Of a stretch of 64,000 bases of DNA, positions 1 to 14,690 are shown piece after piece. Under the pieces are notes generated by a model. That model ran no database searches, had not been told where the DNA came from, and saw only the letters and a program-made list of their open reading frames with translations. The first letter of the stretch is position 1. Every line of letters begins with the position of its first letter. Position numbers and translations under genes: made by a program. Source of the DNA: Ministeria vibrans ATCC 50519 (taxonomy: Eukaryota > Protista > Filasterea); the NCBI GenBank assembly GCA_943704425.1, contig CALSCP010000774.1, positions 62,001-126,000 on the forward strand, given 5' to 3'.

Positions 1-52
1 AGTTATAATTATAAGAATTATTATTATATTATTCTCATTTTTATTTTGTTAC

Positions 53-1116
53 CTTCTCTTTGTTTCGTGGTTTCTTTCGGAAGAGGTCCTGGAAGAAGTT
101 GAGTGCGTCTTCAACACTCGTCGCGTCCCCTATGAAGAAGGATACAAACATAGTTAAGTCATGTTCTGTACCAGGAAAAAAATAAAGTCATAATTATCAT
201 TGTTTAGTACCTTCGTAGTCTGGGAAGTAGTTGACGAGCGGTGAGTTTTGGAGTTTTTCAAGAAGCAGATCTTTCTTGTTGAGGAAGAGAATCATGCTGG
301 TCTCCTCGAACCACTGGTAGTTTACAATCGTGTCAAAGAGGTCAAGCGACTCCTCCATTCGGTTCTACAAGACAAACAAAACAAAAAAAACGACATGTCA
401 ATCAAAAGAGAGTCCAAAACATGATTGTCTACCGTTGTGTTATCTTCAAAGAGCATTGTGTCGTAGCCCGACGTGCCCACCACAAAGAGGATTGACGTGA
501 CCCCTTCAAAACAATGGATCCATTTCCTTCGTTCCGACCGCTGGCCGCCCACGTCGACCATGCGGAAGACGACGTTGTCTGTGTGGAACTTGTACTCGAC
601 AATACCCGTCGTGGCCACGCGCGACCGCAAAATGTCTTGCAGCGTCGGCATGTAGTCGCCGGTCGACAGTGCTTCAATTCTCTCAAAGTAGCTGTGTTGC
701 GAGAAAAAAAAGGGTTAAAAACGACAAACCACTTGATGAGTCCGCGTACTATTTTGCTGAATCGTTAAGCTGGAACTGGTTGCGTTGCTTATATGCTCTC
801 TACGAATAAATCCAACAATTAATCATCTCTCCCTCTCGATCTCTTTGTGGTGGTTCGTTGGTACCTGGACTCCTGAGTCGGCCCACAAGCTCACAATGGC
901 CTGCGAATACGGTGCTAATTCCACCTTCATGCCAGGTTGGGGTGCATACGACAAAAGCAACTCGGCAGCGGCCTACAAAATATACCAAGTTACGCAAACT
1001 CGACTCTCTGTCACTTTGTTTATCTCTCTCTATCACTTTGTTTATCTCTCTCTATCACTTTGTTTCTCCTTCCCTCTCTCTCTCTCTATCACTTTGTTTC
1101 TTTCTCCCTCCTCTCT

Positions 1117-1161
<45 letters not shown>

Positions 1162-2504
1162 CACTCTGTCTCTCTCTGCCACTCTGTCTCTCTCTGCCAC
1201 TCTGCCACTCTGTCTCTCTCTGCCACTCTGTCTCTCTCTGCCACTCTGTCTCTCTCTCGTTCTCATTCTCAATCTCTTCGTTCGGTTGCCTCGCGTTCTC
1301 TTGCTTTTTCTAACCTTGTTGGTATCCTCAATGACGCCCGGCTCTGTAACCTTCTCAACGTGCTGCACAAGTGTCTTCATGCTCTTCAGCGTGTTGTCAT
1401 AGATGATGCTGCGAAACTCCGCGCGATCTTTCTCTGTGTAGCTTTCGCCGTGAATAATACGCATTTGCTTGACAATGGTACTCTTGCCAGACTCTCCAGC
1501 GCCTACAATAAAAATAGAGAGGTAAGTTCAAAGCGAGCTCTACAACTCCACCTCCCAAAGCAACAGAGCGCGCGCGAGCAAACAAGTCACCCAAGTGACC
1601 TTGTTCCTGCACCTCTCTCCCTCCCTCTTCCCGCTACCACCATCGCATGGCACAATGTAGAGACTCCATGCACACAGAAAGACACATCAAGCGGCACATA
1701 CTCGCAACGGCAGTCATACAAGTTTGACACAACAAAAAAAAAAAAAAAAAAANNNNNNNNNNNNNNNNNNNNNNNNNNNNNNNNNNNNNNNNNNNNNNNN
1801 NNNNNNNNNNNNNNNNNNNNNNNNNNNNNNNNATATGTCTGTGCCTCTCTCACGCTTTCTATTCCTTCTGTTAGCGCGACTGATATAAGAAGAAAAAAAA
1901 AAGATGCGAGAGAAGATCCAAGAGAGACGCTGAGAGGCTTCTGCTCGAACACACGTTGTCTCGAAACGGAGATGCAAACAGAAGGGCGAAGAACCGAAAG
2001 ATAGAGGGGACGTGGGGCAGCAAAGAGGCTCGGAAGAGTAGGCAAGTCGGGCGAGAAGGAAAAAATAGAAAAAATAGAATAGGAAAAGGGGAAGCTTTGA
2101 GTGTGGGGGTGCTTGAATGCATACTCGCAAGGGAAGGAAGGGGGGGGCCCGGAGGGCGTCTAAGACGGCGCGGGGGACGGCGGAGAAGAAGGCAGAGTAG
2201 CATTGCGGTCCTGTTTTACAGGTAAATTTTTTTTTATATATCTCCCAGGATCTTCAGTATGACGGGCGATATCTTGTCCTTTTCAGGCGTACGTGGATAG
2301 TACGGGTTCATACGCGACGTGGACGAAGTGCAAATAGGCAAGAAAGCAGGGGAAAGTGGCGTTCTGACTCGATGACGTACCCAATAGTAAGAGTTTGATT
2401 TCCTTGCTCTGTTTCGTTTGGTCCCGTCTGAGCTGCTTGGCAATCTCCTTATCACGCCTCTTGGCATCTCTTTCCTCGGCCGATCCACCTCCACAGAGAG
2501 GCAT
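53..2504 (-). CDS. Heterotrimeric G-protein alpha subunit (multi-exon; last exon lies off the window start)
   Basis: Spliced exons give MPLCGGG...EIKLLLLG|[18 protein letters not shown]...FQLNDSAK|YFE...[14 protein letters not shown]...[18 protein letters not shown]...|NRMEESL...ILFLNKKD, covering G1-G4. GT-AG introns. Confidence 0.96.
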
Positions 2505-3260
2505 GTCGGCGTATAGCAAAAAAAAAAAGCCTATAAAAACTTGGAGGTGCTGTGGCTTGCACTGGCGAAAAAAGAGCGGAGAAAAAGAAGCTGACAGTCC
2601 TTAGTGAAGGAATGTGAGCCAGTCTACGAAGGATGGAGACACTTTCGTTAGCAACAAACGGTGATATGTCGGATTTGGTGCCACGCCCCACTCCTTCCGA
2701 AGTCCTGACTTCCCCAGACCACATTTCGCTCAAGTCGTCCAGCAAACCCATTGGAAGGGTCCACACCGTCCCACTCGGCACGAAACAATCGTGAAACCAC
2801 GTCGCTTTCGTCCCTGCCGCACCCCAGTCTCTTTTTTTTTTTTTTTTTTTTTTTTTCAAATTCGCAAGTTTGGTCTCTTGTTCCCCAAAAACAAACGACA
2901 AACGGAAGGATGCCCGCCTTAATACCCCCGCGTTCCACCCACGTTTCTAGGCTCTATGCACCCTTCTAAGTGTTACCTTTTCACCGGTATGTGGCTCGAA
3001 TAAAAAAATTAAAAATGGTTAAGCCAGAAAAGCCACAAAGCCAAAAGTCAAAATTGCAAATTATTGGTAGAATTGTTGGTACTGTATGGCCGACTGTTGA
3101 CAAGCAATGGCCAATGGGCTCTACTGACGTGAGTCACGTCTCACAGGCGTCACAGACTCACAGCTCACTATTGAGTATTCGGTCCAAAGTCCAAACTCCA
3201 AAAATTAATCGAATTCTAATTTTTATTTTTTTAATCATTTTATTAATTTATTTTTATGCA

Positions 3261-6200
3261 ATGGCTCTCAATCAACTATGGCCAGTGATTGGTGTCATTC
3301 AAGAGGAAATCAAGGTGTTGTGGGACTCCCACGATGCGCGTGTTCTTCTGTTTTTCCTTGCTCTTGTCGCCTTGTTGATTTTTGCCCTCATCCTGCGTCG
3401 CCGCAGCGAGCTTGCAAAGCGCGCGTCCATGGCCGATCCATCGAACCCGACTCACGTGCGCAAACGTGATGCGATTTACTCGCTGGGAAAGGACGTGGTT
3501 GAATCCGGCAAGGTACGACTCCTTTCGCCCTCGCAAGTTCACGTGTGCTTCCTCATCCCTTGCTTTTTTAACAGGATACTATAAACCGCGCACGAGGCAT
3601 TCTCAAGGCAGGCAAACATCCGGGAAGGTCAAGATCGCAGAGCAGCGGCAGTCGTGACAACCTGCGAGGCGAATGGAGCGACGGAAAAGGGTATCCTCGA
3701 AAACGTGACCGCTTCAGGGCCTTTGTACGCTCCATCCTCGATGACGGACGCTCCCGCGACGATAATGGCGCCTCGTCGAGCGTCTCCGTGCGTCGTGTGC
3801 GTCTAAATCAGGCCTTTTTCGAGGCAGATGAGCCGGAGGAGGACGAGGCGCCGGGCTTCCTCTTGCCCGGTGGACGCACCAACATTCCCTTTGAACTCGT
3901 CTACGTCTTGAAGAGCTGCGAGGTCTTTGGTGGCCTTCCCGACCGTTACTTCCTTCACATGTACCGTCATGTGACCACCATCAATGTGCCCGCAGGCGAT
4001 CGTCTCTCGGGCATTGGAGACGCCGACGACAAAATGTACATTGTGCTGTCGGGTCGGCTCGCACTGCGCGCCAACGAACCTGTGACGGGGCGCCAATACC
4101 TTATCACGACCGCATCGACTGGTCAGTCGGTCGTCTCACTTCTCTCCATGCTTGACTCCATCTGTGGTCATCGGTCCATGTTCAAGTCTCTCAGCGTCCA
4201 CGCTGAGGTCGACACCACCGTGCTCGCGCTGCCCTCCAGCGCCTTTGTTGAGCTTCTTCAAAAGGAGCCCGCTGCCGTCGTGCGCATCATGCGCATGATC
4301 ATTGTTCGTCTTCACCGCGTTTGTTTTCTCACCCTTTACAAGTTTCTTGGACTCACCAACGAGCTCGTCGTCGACACCCCCGAAGCCGCTCAGCGTGCCT
4401 CCGAAAACACCCTTTCCTCCACAACAGAAAAAACAACCACAAACACAACAACACGGACACCGGTGTCAACTGTAGCGGGCACATCCGGAGCGACAAACGC
4501 TATGCATGTGCTGGAAAACAACGACGCCCTTGCCTCGGTCGCGTCGGCCGTCACAGCACTCGCAGCTGAAGACTGTCCGCAACAACAGCAGCAGGACGAG
4601 CCGCATCGAAAGCGCTCTTTCACCGGTGCCGCCTCATTCAGCAACGTTGCTTCTCCTTCTTTCCCCCCTCCTTCTTCAATTTCTTCAACTATACCTGCAC
4701 CCATACTTGACCGCGAGACCAAACTTGACGCATGTCGACGCTTTGCCAACACGTACCAACTTGGCGAGACGGCGCGCGAGTCGCTACTGGCGGGCGCCGA
4801 GGAGCGTGTCACGACCATTAAGACAGGCGTTCACCTGTTCCATCAGGGCCAACACCACCCCAACATCTACTTTCTTGTGCGCGGCACCGTCTCGGTCTTC
4901 ATCAAGTCGCTCACTGGAGACTCTGACGTCCACATGTACACCGCAGTCCCCGGCGAAATCGTCGGTCTCCTCGCCATCCTAAGCGAAGAACCTTGCTACC
5001 TCAGTGCCGCCAGCGACACCGACGACTGCACCGTTGTCGTGTTCACCCGTGCCGACTTTGAGGCTCTCGTCGCCGATGACCCGTCCATCTTTGTGCGCGT
5101 CGCCCGTCACCTCACTGCGCGAATTAGTCCCTTTGTGCGTCAAGTCGACTTTGCACTTCAGTGGGTTCACCTTAAGGTATCAGAATAATTATTACTTAGG
5201 TCGCGTTTCCTTACATCTTTTTTTTTTTCGACTTTCTCCTTTTTAATTTAATCAGGCGGGCAGTGCACTGTATCGCCAAGGGGACCTGGCTACGTCGTTT
5301 TTCATTCTGCTCAATGGCCGAGTGCGATCAGTGCAACGCATGGCGGGTGTTCGATCCAGTGTCAGCGCTCCATTCTCATCATCATCATCAGCATGTCCAC
5401 CTTCTTCTTCTTCTTCTTCTTCTTCTTCTTCCGACTCGGTGCGTGTCGAGGACCGTGGACGCGGTCAGCTACTGGGTGCGCTCGAGTTGCTCAGTGGTGA
5501 GCGTGAGCGGGTGTCCACCATACATGCGGTGCGTGACACCGAACTCACTCGCCTGCCTGTCGGTCTTTTTCGCCTCATCTGCGACCGATTTCCCCTCTCT
5601 ATTGCACACTTCTATCGCATTATGGGCTCCGGCATGATGGCTTCCTTCTCATCGTCTCCCAACTCCACTGCCAACATGTCCTCCATTCCCACCGATGCCA
5701 AACCTTCTCGCGACACTCAACAACAGCAACAGCCTGTCTCACCGGCACGACAGGGCTCGCTACTTGACTTTCTATCGAATCGTCATCACTGTCGCGACCG
5801 CGCAGCTGCATCCGTTGCGATCTCTCCATCAGCCCCGTCTCTTCCCTCAAGTCTCAACACGGCCCATCGCAACTTGAGTACCGTCGCTGTGATTGCCGCC
5901 TCGCCCAACGTACCATTGCGTGCCTTTACACAACGTCTGCGCGTCGCCCTCAGCCTCATTGGGCCCACCAAACATCTGACCAGCCGCAGCATTGCGCGTC
6001 GTTTCAATGGTAGTGACATGGCGTACCGCGACGCCGAAATGCAACTGCTGGCCTGGCTTGGACAGATGGAGGATCATCACCGCCTAGTGCTGTACGAGGC
6101 GGAGTCCGAAGTCACCAACTGGACCAAGCGTTGTATTCGCCAGGCTGACTGCATTCTCATTGTGGGCGTCGCCGGTCAACCACCCGAGCTCAGCGAAATG

Positions 6201-8147
6201 GAGAGACGCATTGAGAATGTGTCGCAACGGGTGCACAAGGAACTGGTCATCTTGCACGACATTGACTCGGGCAAGCGTCCCAGTGGCACCGCTGCTTGGC
6301 TCAATGCCCGTCCTTGGTGCCAGCAACATCACCACATTAGATGTCCTTCTTCCATGTTTACACAGCATGCTCGCGCATCCGCTGTCGCCCGTGCCAACAG
6401 CGTCGGCAGTCATGGGAGCAGTAGAAACAGCGGGGTCACTCACGGACGTCCTGTCAGCACATCGCAAATGGATCCTGTTCAAACGATTCATAGCGGTGAC
6501 TCTGCGACTACCGGTGTCGGTGGTGGAGGAGGGAGTAGCAGCGACAGTGATACTTCTGGCACTCCTACACGTGTGCGTTTTCAGCGGGCTCACAGTCTCA
6601 TGGGCGAGTCCTCAATGTCCAAGTCGAGTGAGATTAACTTGAGCGGACCCGAGCTCGGTCGTCGGTCGCGCGCGACTCTGCAGCGAGGCAACACCATCTC
6701 GGCGACGGGGTTCCTTTCGGACACCAACCTTGACTCGGACACGGACGACGAGGACGAAGACGAGATGGAGAAAGAAACAGACCATCATGGCACCGACGCC
6801 ACAGCGGGACCGTCCACTGCATCATCATCGCCATCGCTTGGTCGACGACGACCCCCGAACAACGGTGGTGGTGGTGGTGGTGGTTCATCGCGGCCGCTCT
6901 TGTCATCGCACGGGTCTGGGGCGCTCTCAACTGCGCTGGAGATGACCACGACAGGAATGGGAGCCTCGTCAGACTTTGCGCGCCTTGCTCGTTGGCTGAC
7001 GGGCACCAGCATTGGCCTTGTGCTGGGCGGTGGGGGTGCGAGAGGTGGTGCACATGTGGGTTGCATTCGAGCACTCGAGGAGGCCAACGTTCCCATCGAT
7101 ATGGTGGGTGGCACGAGCATTGGTGCGTGTGTGGGCGCGCTCTATGCCATGAGTACAAGCTTCAAGACCGTCGACGCAGACATGAGCGTCTTCTCAGCAA
7201 GCATGGCCAGCACGTGGAACAAGCTCGTCGACCTGACCTATCCGGCCACGTCGCTCTTTACTGGCGCCAAATTCAACGAGAGCCTCCGCGAGACTATCGG
7301 CGAGGAGACACTCATCGAGGACATGTGGCTCCCCTACTTCAATGTGTCCACCGATGTGACCGACAATCGCATGCGTGTGCACACGGACGGCTGTGCTTGG
7401 CGCTACGTGCGCGCCTCAATGACTCTCGCCGGCTACCTCCCGCCCATCTGTGACCCACACGATGGCAACTACCTCGTCGACGGCGGCTACGTGAACAATC
7501 TGCCGGCGGATGTGATGGCCGGTCAGATGGGCGCCGGCTCGGTCATTGCCATCGACGTGGGCTCCAAGGACCATCGTCAGTTTCTCAACTACGGCGACCA
7601 CATCAGTGGCTGGTGGCTCTTGTGGCGTCGTCTCAACCCACTTGCATGGCTCCGTCGCGGTCCCTCCTCCACCGCGGCACCTGCGAACCTCGAGGTGCCC
7701 TCCATGAGTGACATCCAGTCGCGTCTCGCGTACGTCTCCAGTATGGCGCAACTTGAAAATGTGACGTCGCATCCCGATTGGTTCTACATGCATCCCGAGG
7801 GTGTCGCCGCCTATCAGACGCTCCAGTTTTCAGCTTACGCTGACATCCGCGATCTGGGCTTCGATTACGCACGCGCACGCTTGGGCACTTGGAACGACAC
7901 ACGCGCTGTCCTTCCAGTAATCATGCGAGAACGCCGCGACAGTTTTTTCAATAACCTGTCCACTCTTGCCGCTGATGACGATGATACGCAGACCAAGCGT
8001 CAGGAAGAGGGGGCGCAACACTTACGCGCGCCGCTGCCCGCTGAGCTTTTGGTGAGTCGCTCTGGTCGAGGACACAGTCTCGACAAAAACGACGCTCTCA
8101 ACGTTATGTCTGTGTCACGCGAGCGCACTCGCTCCGCCGACCACTGA
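3261..8147 (+). CDS. PNPLA6: Neuropathy target esterase / swiss cheese-type lysophospholipase (N-terminal TM, cNMP-binding domains, patatin domain)
   Basis: Three exons (approx. 3261-3512, 3575-5176, 5255-8147). TM helix VLLFFLALVALLIFALIL, cNMP-like domains, WTKRCIRQADCILIV, LVLGGGGARG, GTSIG nucleophile and DGG motif. Confidence 0.93.
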
Positions 8148-8303
8148 ATGAGAGCCAGAGACAGAGCGAGAAAGAGAAAAATTGTATTCAAAAATGAATG
8201 CTGAATAAATGGAAAGCCAACTAGTAAGTTGTCAATCAAGATTTATTTAATGCATCACTTATTATTATTATCATCATCAAACAAAACTAAACAAAAAAGT
8301 TCT

Positions 8304-10343
8304 TTACAAGTTACGCATCTCAACATTGTCACGTGCAGTATCAGCCGACATCCTAGGCACGGCGCCAAAGGGATTATTGCCTCCGACAGCGCTGGCCTGA
8401 TCGCGCCCATATTCCTCTACCGCCTCCTCCTCCTCCTCCTCCTCCTCCTCCTCGTCATCGTTATTGTTGTTGTTGTGGTTGAGACTCAGCGACGAGCCGG
8501 TGGACTGGATGGATAAGGAGCGATCGGTGACAGGAACAGCAGTGGTTGGGATGCCTAAGAGAACGTCTGCTACCACATCTGGGTCTGGCAGAGTGTCGCC
8601 TGTTGTTGTTGCTGCTGCCGGCGGCTCATCGTCACTATTGTTGTCCGCTGAATCGTTAAGAAGCTGAGTGCGCGAGGTGGCATTGGCATGGTGTTGTGTC
8701 GCTCCTAGTGGAGGAGCAACAGAGGGAATGCTCACGACAGTCTCATTGGTGGCATGCAAGCCAGTATTGGCATTCGATGCGTTCTGAACGGAGTAACTCT
8801 GTGCCATGGTGTTGGCGGCTTCATCCTCGGCAATCGCAGCGGATAATCCTGTGGCATCAACAACTGTGGGCGATGACGATGATGCGCTTGCAACAGCAGA
8901 AGCAGCAGCAGAAGCAGCAGCCGCAGCAGCAGCAGCATTGGCTCGTGCCGGCGCCGACGACGTCGACGAGTTACTCATGAGAGCCTCGACAATTGGTACA
9001 GCACGGAAACGCTCGGCACGCTTACTCGCTCGAGCGCCCTTGCCGTCAGTCACATTACCCTCCGCTACCTCTTCCCCGCTCGCTGTTGCTGCTGCTGCTG
9101 CGCCGTCTTCGCCACCTTCCTCTTCAATCAATGTTGCCTCAATCTTCTGAGCAACGCGCATTTGCAACAGCGAATGAAACACTATTCATAAAAAAAAGGA
9201 AAAATGAGCACAGCACGATCTGACAATAAATTCCACCCACATATACAATTGCATACATGAACGACAAATGGGACACTTGTTGCTCTGGTAGCGCAGCACA
9301 TCAGCACAGCTGTGACACAAGCACAGATGGCGGCAGGGAAGCACAGCCGTGTCGCGTGGGTCGGTCATGCACACCACACACTCTGTCTGGGAGTCGTCAA
9401 CAGGGTCTGCTTCAGCTCCCTATACAACAATAATGCAAAAAATGAAAGACACATGAGAGAGAAAGAGAGGCGGAAGGGAGAGCAAAAAATGAAAACAGAG
9501 AGTGAGAGAGAGAAAGAAAGAATGAAACAAAGTGATAGAGGGAGAGAGAGAAAACAAAAAAATGCATGTGTGAGGGAGAAAGAAAGGAGAAGGAGGAAGG
9601 AGAGGAGTGAGAGAAGAAAGAACAACAGTGATGGAGGGACGAAAATAAACGGGGATTTCATCAAATGATACCGTTTCCTTTGTGCGTTCAATGCCAAAAA
9701 TCTCCTGCATGACATAAGTGACGCCGCCAATGTGGAGTGCCTGCTTCACCGGCTTAATGCTCCAGTTAGCTAGAGTCGCATCATCGCCGCCACTCCGCTC
9801 GAAAGACCCCACTGTAAACTGCGACTGTGTGCTGCGCGTGCGACTAGAAAAAAAAGACACCAACATTCGTGTTGCGCATTTTGGAGAGTACCATGTTTGT
9901 ACCTTCCGTCGACCTCACGATCAATTCCGTCTGACGTGAGTGGAATAGGAATGTCTGTGCTGCACTCGCGCACCAGTCGTGCCTGAGAATGCGCTTCGAT
10001 CAGAATCACACACGGGAATACCTTGTGCAAAAAATACATACAAATGAGTATCACACACAAAATGACAAGTCGGTGGTGTTTGGACGAACCTGTCGTAAAT
10101 TGGGATCCGTGGGGTTTCCACCTTCAGCAGCAACACGCACGTGTACGTCGAGAAACGACGTGTGTTCTTGCGGGAGACTGAGACATGATAAAGAGAGTTA
10201 CACTCACTCACTTCTGTGGGCCTCTCCATCGCTTTGTTCACTTTGATTAAATCTCCCTCTCCTCTCTCTCTCTATCACTTTGTTTAAATCTCCCTCCCTC
10301 CTCTCTCTCTGTCTCTCTCTCTATCACTTTGTTTCTTTCTCCC

Positions 10344-10391
<48 letters not shown>

Positions 10392-10605
10392 ATATGGTTT
10401 ANNNNNNNNNNNNNNNNNNNNNNNNNNNNNNNNNNNNNNNNNNNNNNNNNNNNNNNNNNNNNNNNNNNNNNNNNNNNNNNNNNNNNNNNNNNNNNNNNNN
10501 NNNNNNNNNNNNNNNNNNNNNNNNNNNNNNNNNNNNNNNNNNNNNNNNNNNNNNNNNNNNNNNNNNNNNNNNNNNNNNNNNNNNNNNNNNNNNNNNNNNN
10601 NNNNN

Positions 10606-10674
<69 letters not shown>

Positions 10675-11306
10675 CCCTCCCTCCCTTACTCGAAGAGTGT
10701 CTTTCTTCATGTTGACAAAGCTGCGAATGGTCGTTGTGTGTCGCATGAGAGGGGGTGCCGGCTGTGGCAGCTGCGAAGATAAGACAAAATGAGTTGTGTG
10801 CACCGAGTGTGCCATAGGGATTTCAGCGTCGTACCACGCCGACCCGGCCGTTGGCAAGGAAATTGAGGTCTGTCATGGCGCCAAAGAGATACGCTTCAGG
10901 CTCAAACGACGAAAACTGCTGACCGCCAAGGAAGAACTGCGAGCCGAAGTAGAGCTCTACGGCGACAAAAAGGGGTTTAGTACACTGCACACGTGGGCGT
11001 GGGCGGCAAAGGCAGTGCGGCTGCAAGGCAGTTCTACAGTTGGTCGCACGATTCTCTGTACGACGGGGGGTTCTCGTCGTGGTTCCCGTCGTCGNNNNNN
11101 NNNNTTTTTTTTCTATGACTTGTGCGAACACCACACAACCAAAAAGGACAGACGCCGACGGCGCGGCTGCAACACGCGCGTGACGTACGATTCTCTGGCT
11201 GGGGATAGGCAAAGCGATTCGTGCGCTCCACGGCGTCTCCAGTCACCGCAAGTTCGTTCGCGGTTGCGCCATTGTCTCCATTTGCTGTTGACTGTCCCGC
11301 GCCCAT
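8304..11306 (-). CDS. MGRN1: Mahogunin/RNF157/LOG2-family RING E3 ubiquitin ligase
   Basis: MGAGQS myristoylation-like start, [10 protein letters not shown]...EAYLFG...[73 protein letters not shown], disordered acidic tail. The model crosses N gaps. Confidence 0.9.
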
Positions 11307-11573
11307 CGTCACGTTTCACAACACGAGTGCACAATGGCAAGGAAGACGACGCGATGCCAAGTTTGAGGCGATAGCGGATAAACAAGTGCCACCCGTCAGT
11401 CGAGTGAGTACTGAGTGAGAGAGAGATCTGTTGGACTTAGTAGTTCTGTTACTCATCACTCACTACTCAGGCAAATTATATAGAATCAGTTCACAGTTGA
11501 CACTTGCGTCTTGCGTCTTGACACTCAACTCTGTGCTTATTTTCCTCTTTCGACCTCTCACGCCGACGGTCCG

Positions 11574-14500
11574 ATGGATCCATCGTCGCGCCCAGATCAA
11601 CAGCGGGCCCTTTCCGTCGCCGAAGTACGATGCTCTCGGCCCTTCTTCCCGCTCTACAGTCCCTCCCTTGCGCTTTGCCTCTCGCCATCGTTGTCGCACA
11701 CCACCCCTCGTGCCCTTCTCCGCCCCCTTCTTCCCCTCTCCTCTTTTCCTCTACCTTCTTCTTTTTTTGCAAAGTCGTCACCAAAACCAATCTCTCGTGA
11801 CAAAATCTCGCCCACACAGGCAACCCCCGACCCGCCCTACCGTCTCTCTCGTGCACATCTGCTCAGTCTTGTCGATACCGTACCCCCTCATCCCTTACGC
11901 TACGCTCTCCACTGTTTTGCTCATTTTTCAAACAAGCCAAAGAGAAAAAAAAAAAAAGAAAGCAGTTTTCAACTTCTTATCGCTCTTGCCACGCGCGCAT
12001 CCGCTGTGGCTCTCCCCCATGTGATTCTGTGCTGCACTCTCTTTCCCTTGGTCGATCGCCATTGCTGTTTTGTGCGTCGCCTTCACTTCAGCCATTCTTC
12101 TTTCTCACTGGACCCGTTCGCGTCTGCGCGTTCGCGTACGGCTTTTGGCGCGCCGCTGTATCGCTCACTGCACACACGTGTCGCCCAAGCGGTCTTCCTT
12201 TTGCTTCCCTCTGTGTCGTCCCAAGAGAGTCTCGTTGTGAGGGTGTTATGGGTTGTGTTTGTGTACAGAAACACACACACACACACACACACACAACTGA
12301 CTGATAATTATATCATTTCCTTCATCTATAGTCTCCTGCACCTCTCCGACTGGGCCACCACCGGCTTACCGCTATCGCGCCTTTGGCTACCAACATGGTA
12401 TTATTGTTTTTTTCTTTTCAACTATGGTTTATTAAAATTGTTTCGTTTTGTTCCGCATTCTTCCAGAGTTTCGTCTCGACAATCGATGACGATGACGGAG
12501 CACTCTCGGATGACAGCGACGGCGGTGTTGATAGCCATCATCTTGCTGTTGTGTCCAAAAAGCTGCCTGAGGCGTCGGCAAGTGCCCCGACAAAGTTTTT
12601 GTCTACTGCATCCCTCTCGACCTCTGATGTACTCTACGAAGGCTCGCTGAAGAAGTACACGAGCAAGCTCATGGGCTGGAAGCGACGTCACTTTTCTCTG
12701 TGTGGCACCGAACTTGTATACTCCAAGTCGGTTGACGATGAAATCAAGGCGAAGATTGACATTGCAAACAGTAGCATTGCCGAACAGAGCGCCAAAAACA
12801 AAGTTAACGCCTTCAGGTACCATTAAAATACTTGGATACTCATATTCGTTTATTCACCATGACATGCTCACCCTTCTACTTTTTACTTCTTTCCATCTTC
12901 TTGCTATGACAGCATCATTACGCCACATCGCAAACTGGTGCTCCTCGCTGACACGCGCAAAGAAATGGAAGGGTGGATCGACGCACTACGCGCTGTCGCC
13001 AGTCGCATCGACGCCATCAAACACCACCACGCCTCCCACAGCTGGTACCTCGCGCAGTTCCGCTCCGGCTCTTATTGCAACGTGTGCGGTGACACATTTG
13101 GTGCAGTCACTAAACAGGGTCTCTCGTGCGAAGGTCAGGCCACAAAACGATTTCCACTTTTTTTTTATACACTCTTTCTTCCATAGTCTGTCAAATGTCG
13201 GTTCACAAACGATGTGCCATTGATGCTCCGACCGAGTGCAAGTGGACGACTGCCTACAGCATGCTCGACCGAGGCGGTGAGTCCAATCCCGACTATCTAC
13301 TTGAGAATATGCCCCATCAGGTACATACATAATATTTTTTATATTCAGTCACCTTACTATTTACACACGCTTTCTCTCTCCCTTCTCGTCACTTCGTTTT
13401 TTATCTTTGTTCCTTTTTATTTCCTCTCTATCATTCTCTCTATCACTTTGTTTCTTTCTCCCTCCCTCCTTTCTCCCTCCCTCCTTTTTCTCCCTCTATC
13501 ACTTTGTTTCTTTCTCCCTCCCTCCTTTCTCCCTCCCTCTCTCTCTCTCTGCTCTTGTCAGTGGGTTGCTGGAAACGTGACTGCGGGAACCAAGTGCACT
13601 GTTTGCGAACGGGGCTGTGGGCAGGGCAAGGGCAAACTGGTTGACTTGCGCTGTTTGTGGTGTCAGCAAGTGAGCCATGAGAGCTGCTCTCAGGCGGCAC
13701 GTCGACATGCGTGCACGTTAGGGCGTCATCGTGTGTCTATTCTGCCGCCCGCCGCCATTCGCCTGGGCCAGAGCGAAGACGGCAGCAAAGAGTGGCTCAC
13801 CGTGCCCAACAAGGTGTCCACATCGCCACTGCTTGTCTTTGTCAATCCCAAGAGTGGCGGCAATCAGGGCGTCAAGATTGCTCGCAAATTTCGCCGAATT
13901 CTCAACCCGGCTCAGGTGTTCGAGCTGACGGCGGCCGGCCCACGCGGCGGTCTCATGCTTTTCCGTCGTTTCAAGCAGTTTCGCGTGCTTGCCTGTGGCG
14001 GTGATGGTACCATTGGCTGGGTATTGGGCGAAATGGACAAGCTCGGTATCACGAATCACTGCCAAATCGGTGTCATGCCCATCGGCACTGGCAACGATCT
14101 GGCGCGTGTCCTCGGTTGGGGCTCCAGCTTCGACGAGAACACCGACCTGGGACTGCTCATTGAGGAACTTGAACGTGCTCATGTCACCCTACTTGACCGT
14201 TGGAGCATCCTTATTCGCAAACGTGTGCCCGTTGCGCGGCGCAAATCATCGCGCGTCAAACGCGAGCAAATCAAACTCGGCTCGGCCACCGGCAGTGTCC
14301 AAATGATGGCCAAAACGGCAACAACGGAAGCGGCCCTGCTCGAGGCGGCGCGCACCGGCGAACGTGAGGGGACAGAGTTATACGCGAGCGACGACGCTGA
14401 GGACAACGATTCCGACTCGGACCATTCCTTATCGGACGAAGATGATAATGTCAACGACGACAACGTGCCGACGCTGAGTAGCGCCCTTGACGATCTAGAC

Positions 14501-14651
14501 GGCCCACCCGACCTTGAGCCTGGCTCGCCTGCGAGCGCACGCACTGCATGTACCGACGAGATTCTCACTGACGATGACGAACTCAACGACAACGACCAAC
14601 CCAACTATCTTACTCCCGTCACCACCGAAGATGCCGCGATTCCCACCGCCG

Positions 14652-14690
<39 letters not shown>

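Noticed and set aside
785-2004. Long plus-strand ORFs rich in LSLSLS (and similar ERERER/HTHTHT ORFs elsewhere)
   Set aside because: They are translations of intronic microsatellites or antisense shadows of real exons.
11511-12650. 379-aa ORF upstream of DGK
   Set aside because: It runs through a pyrimidine-rich intron; only the first ~17 codons from 11574 fit the DGK model.
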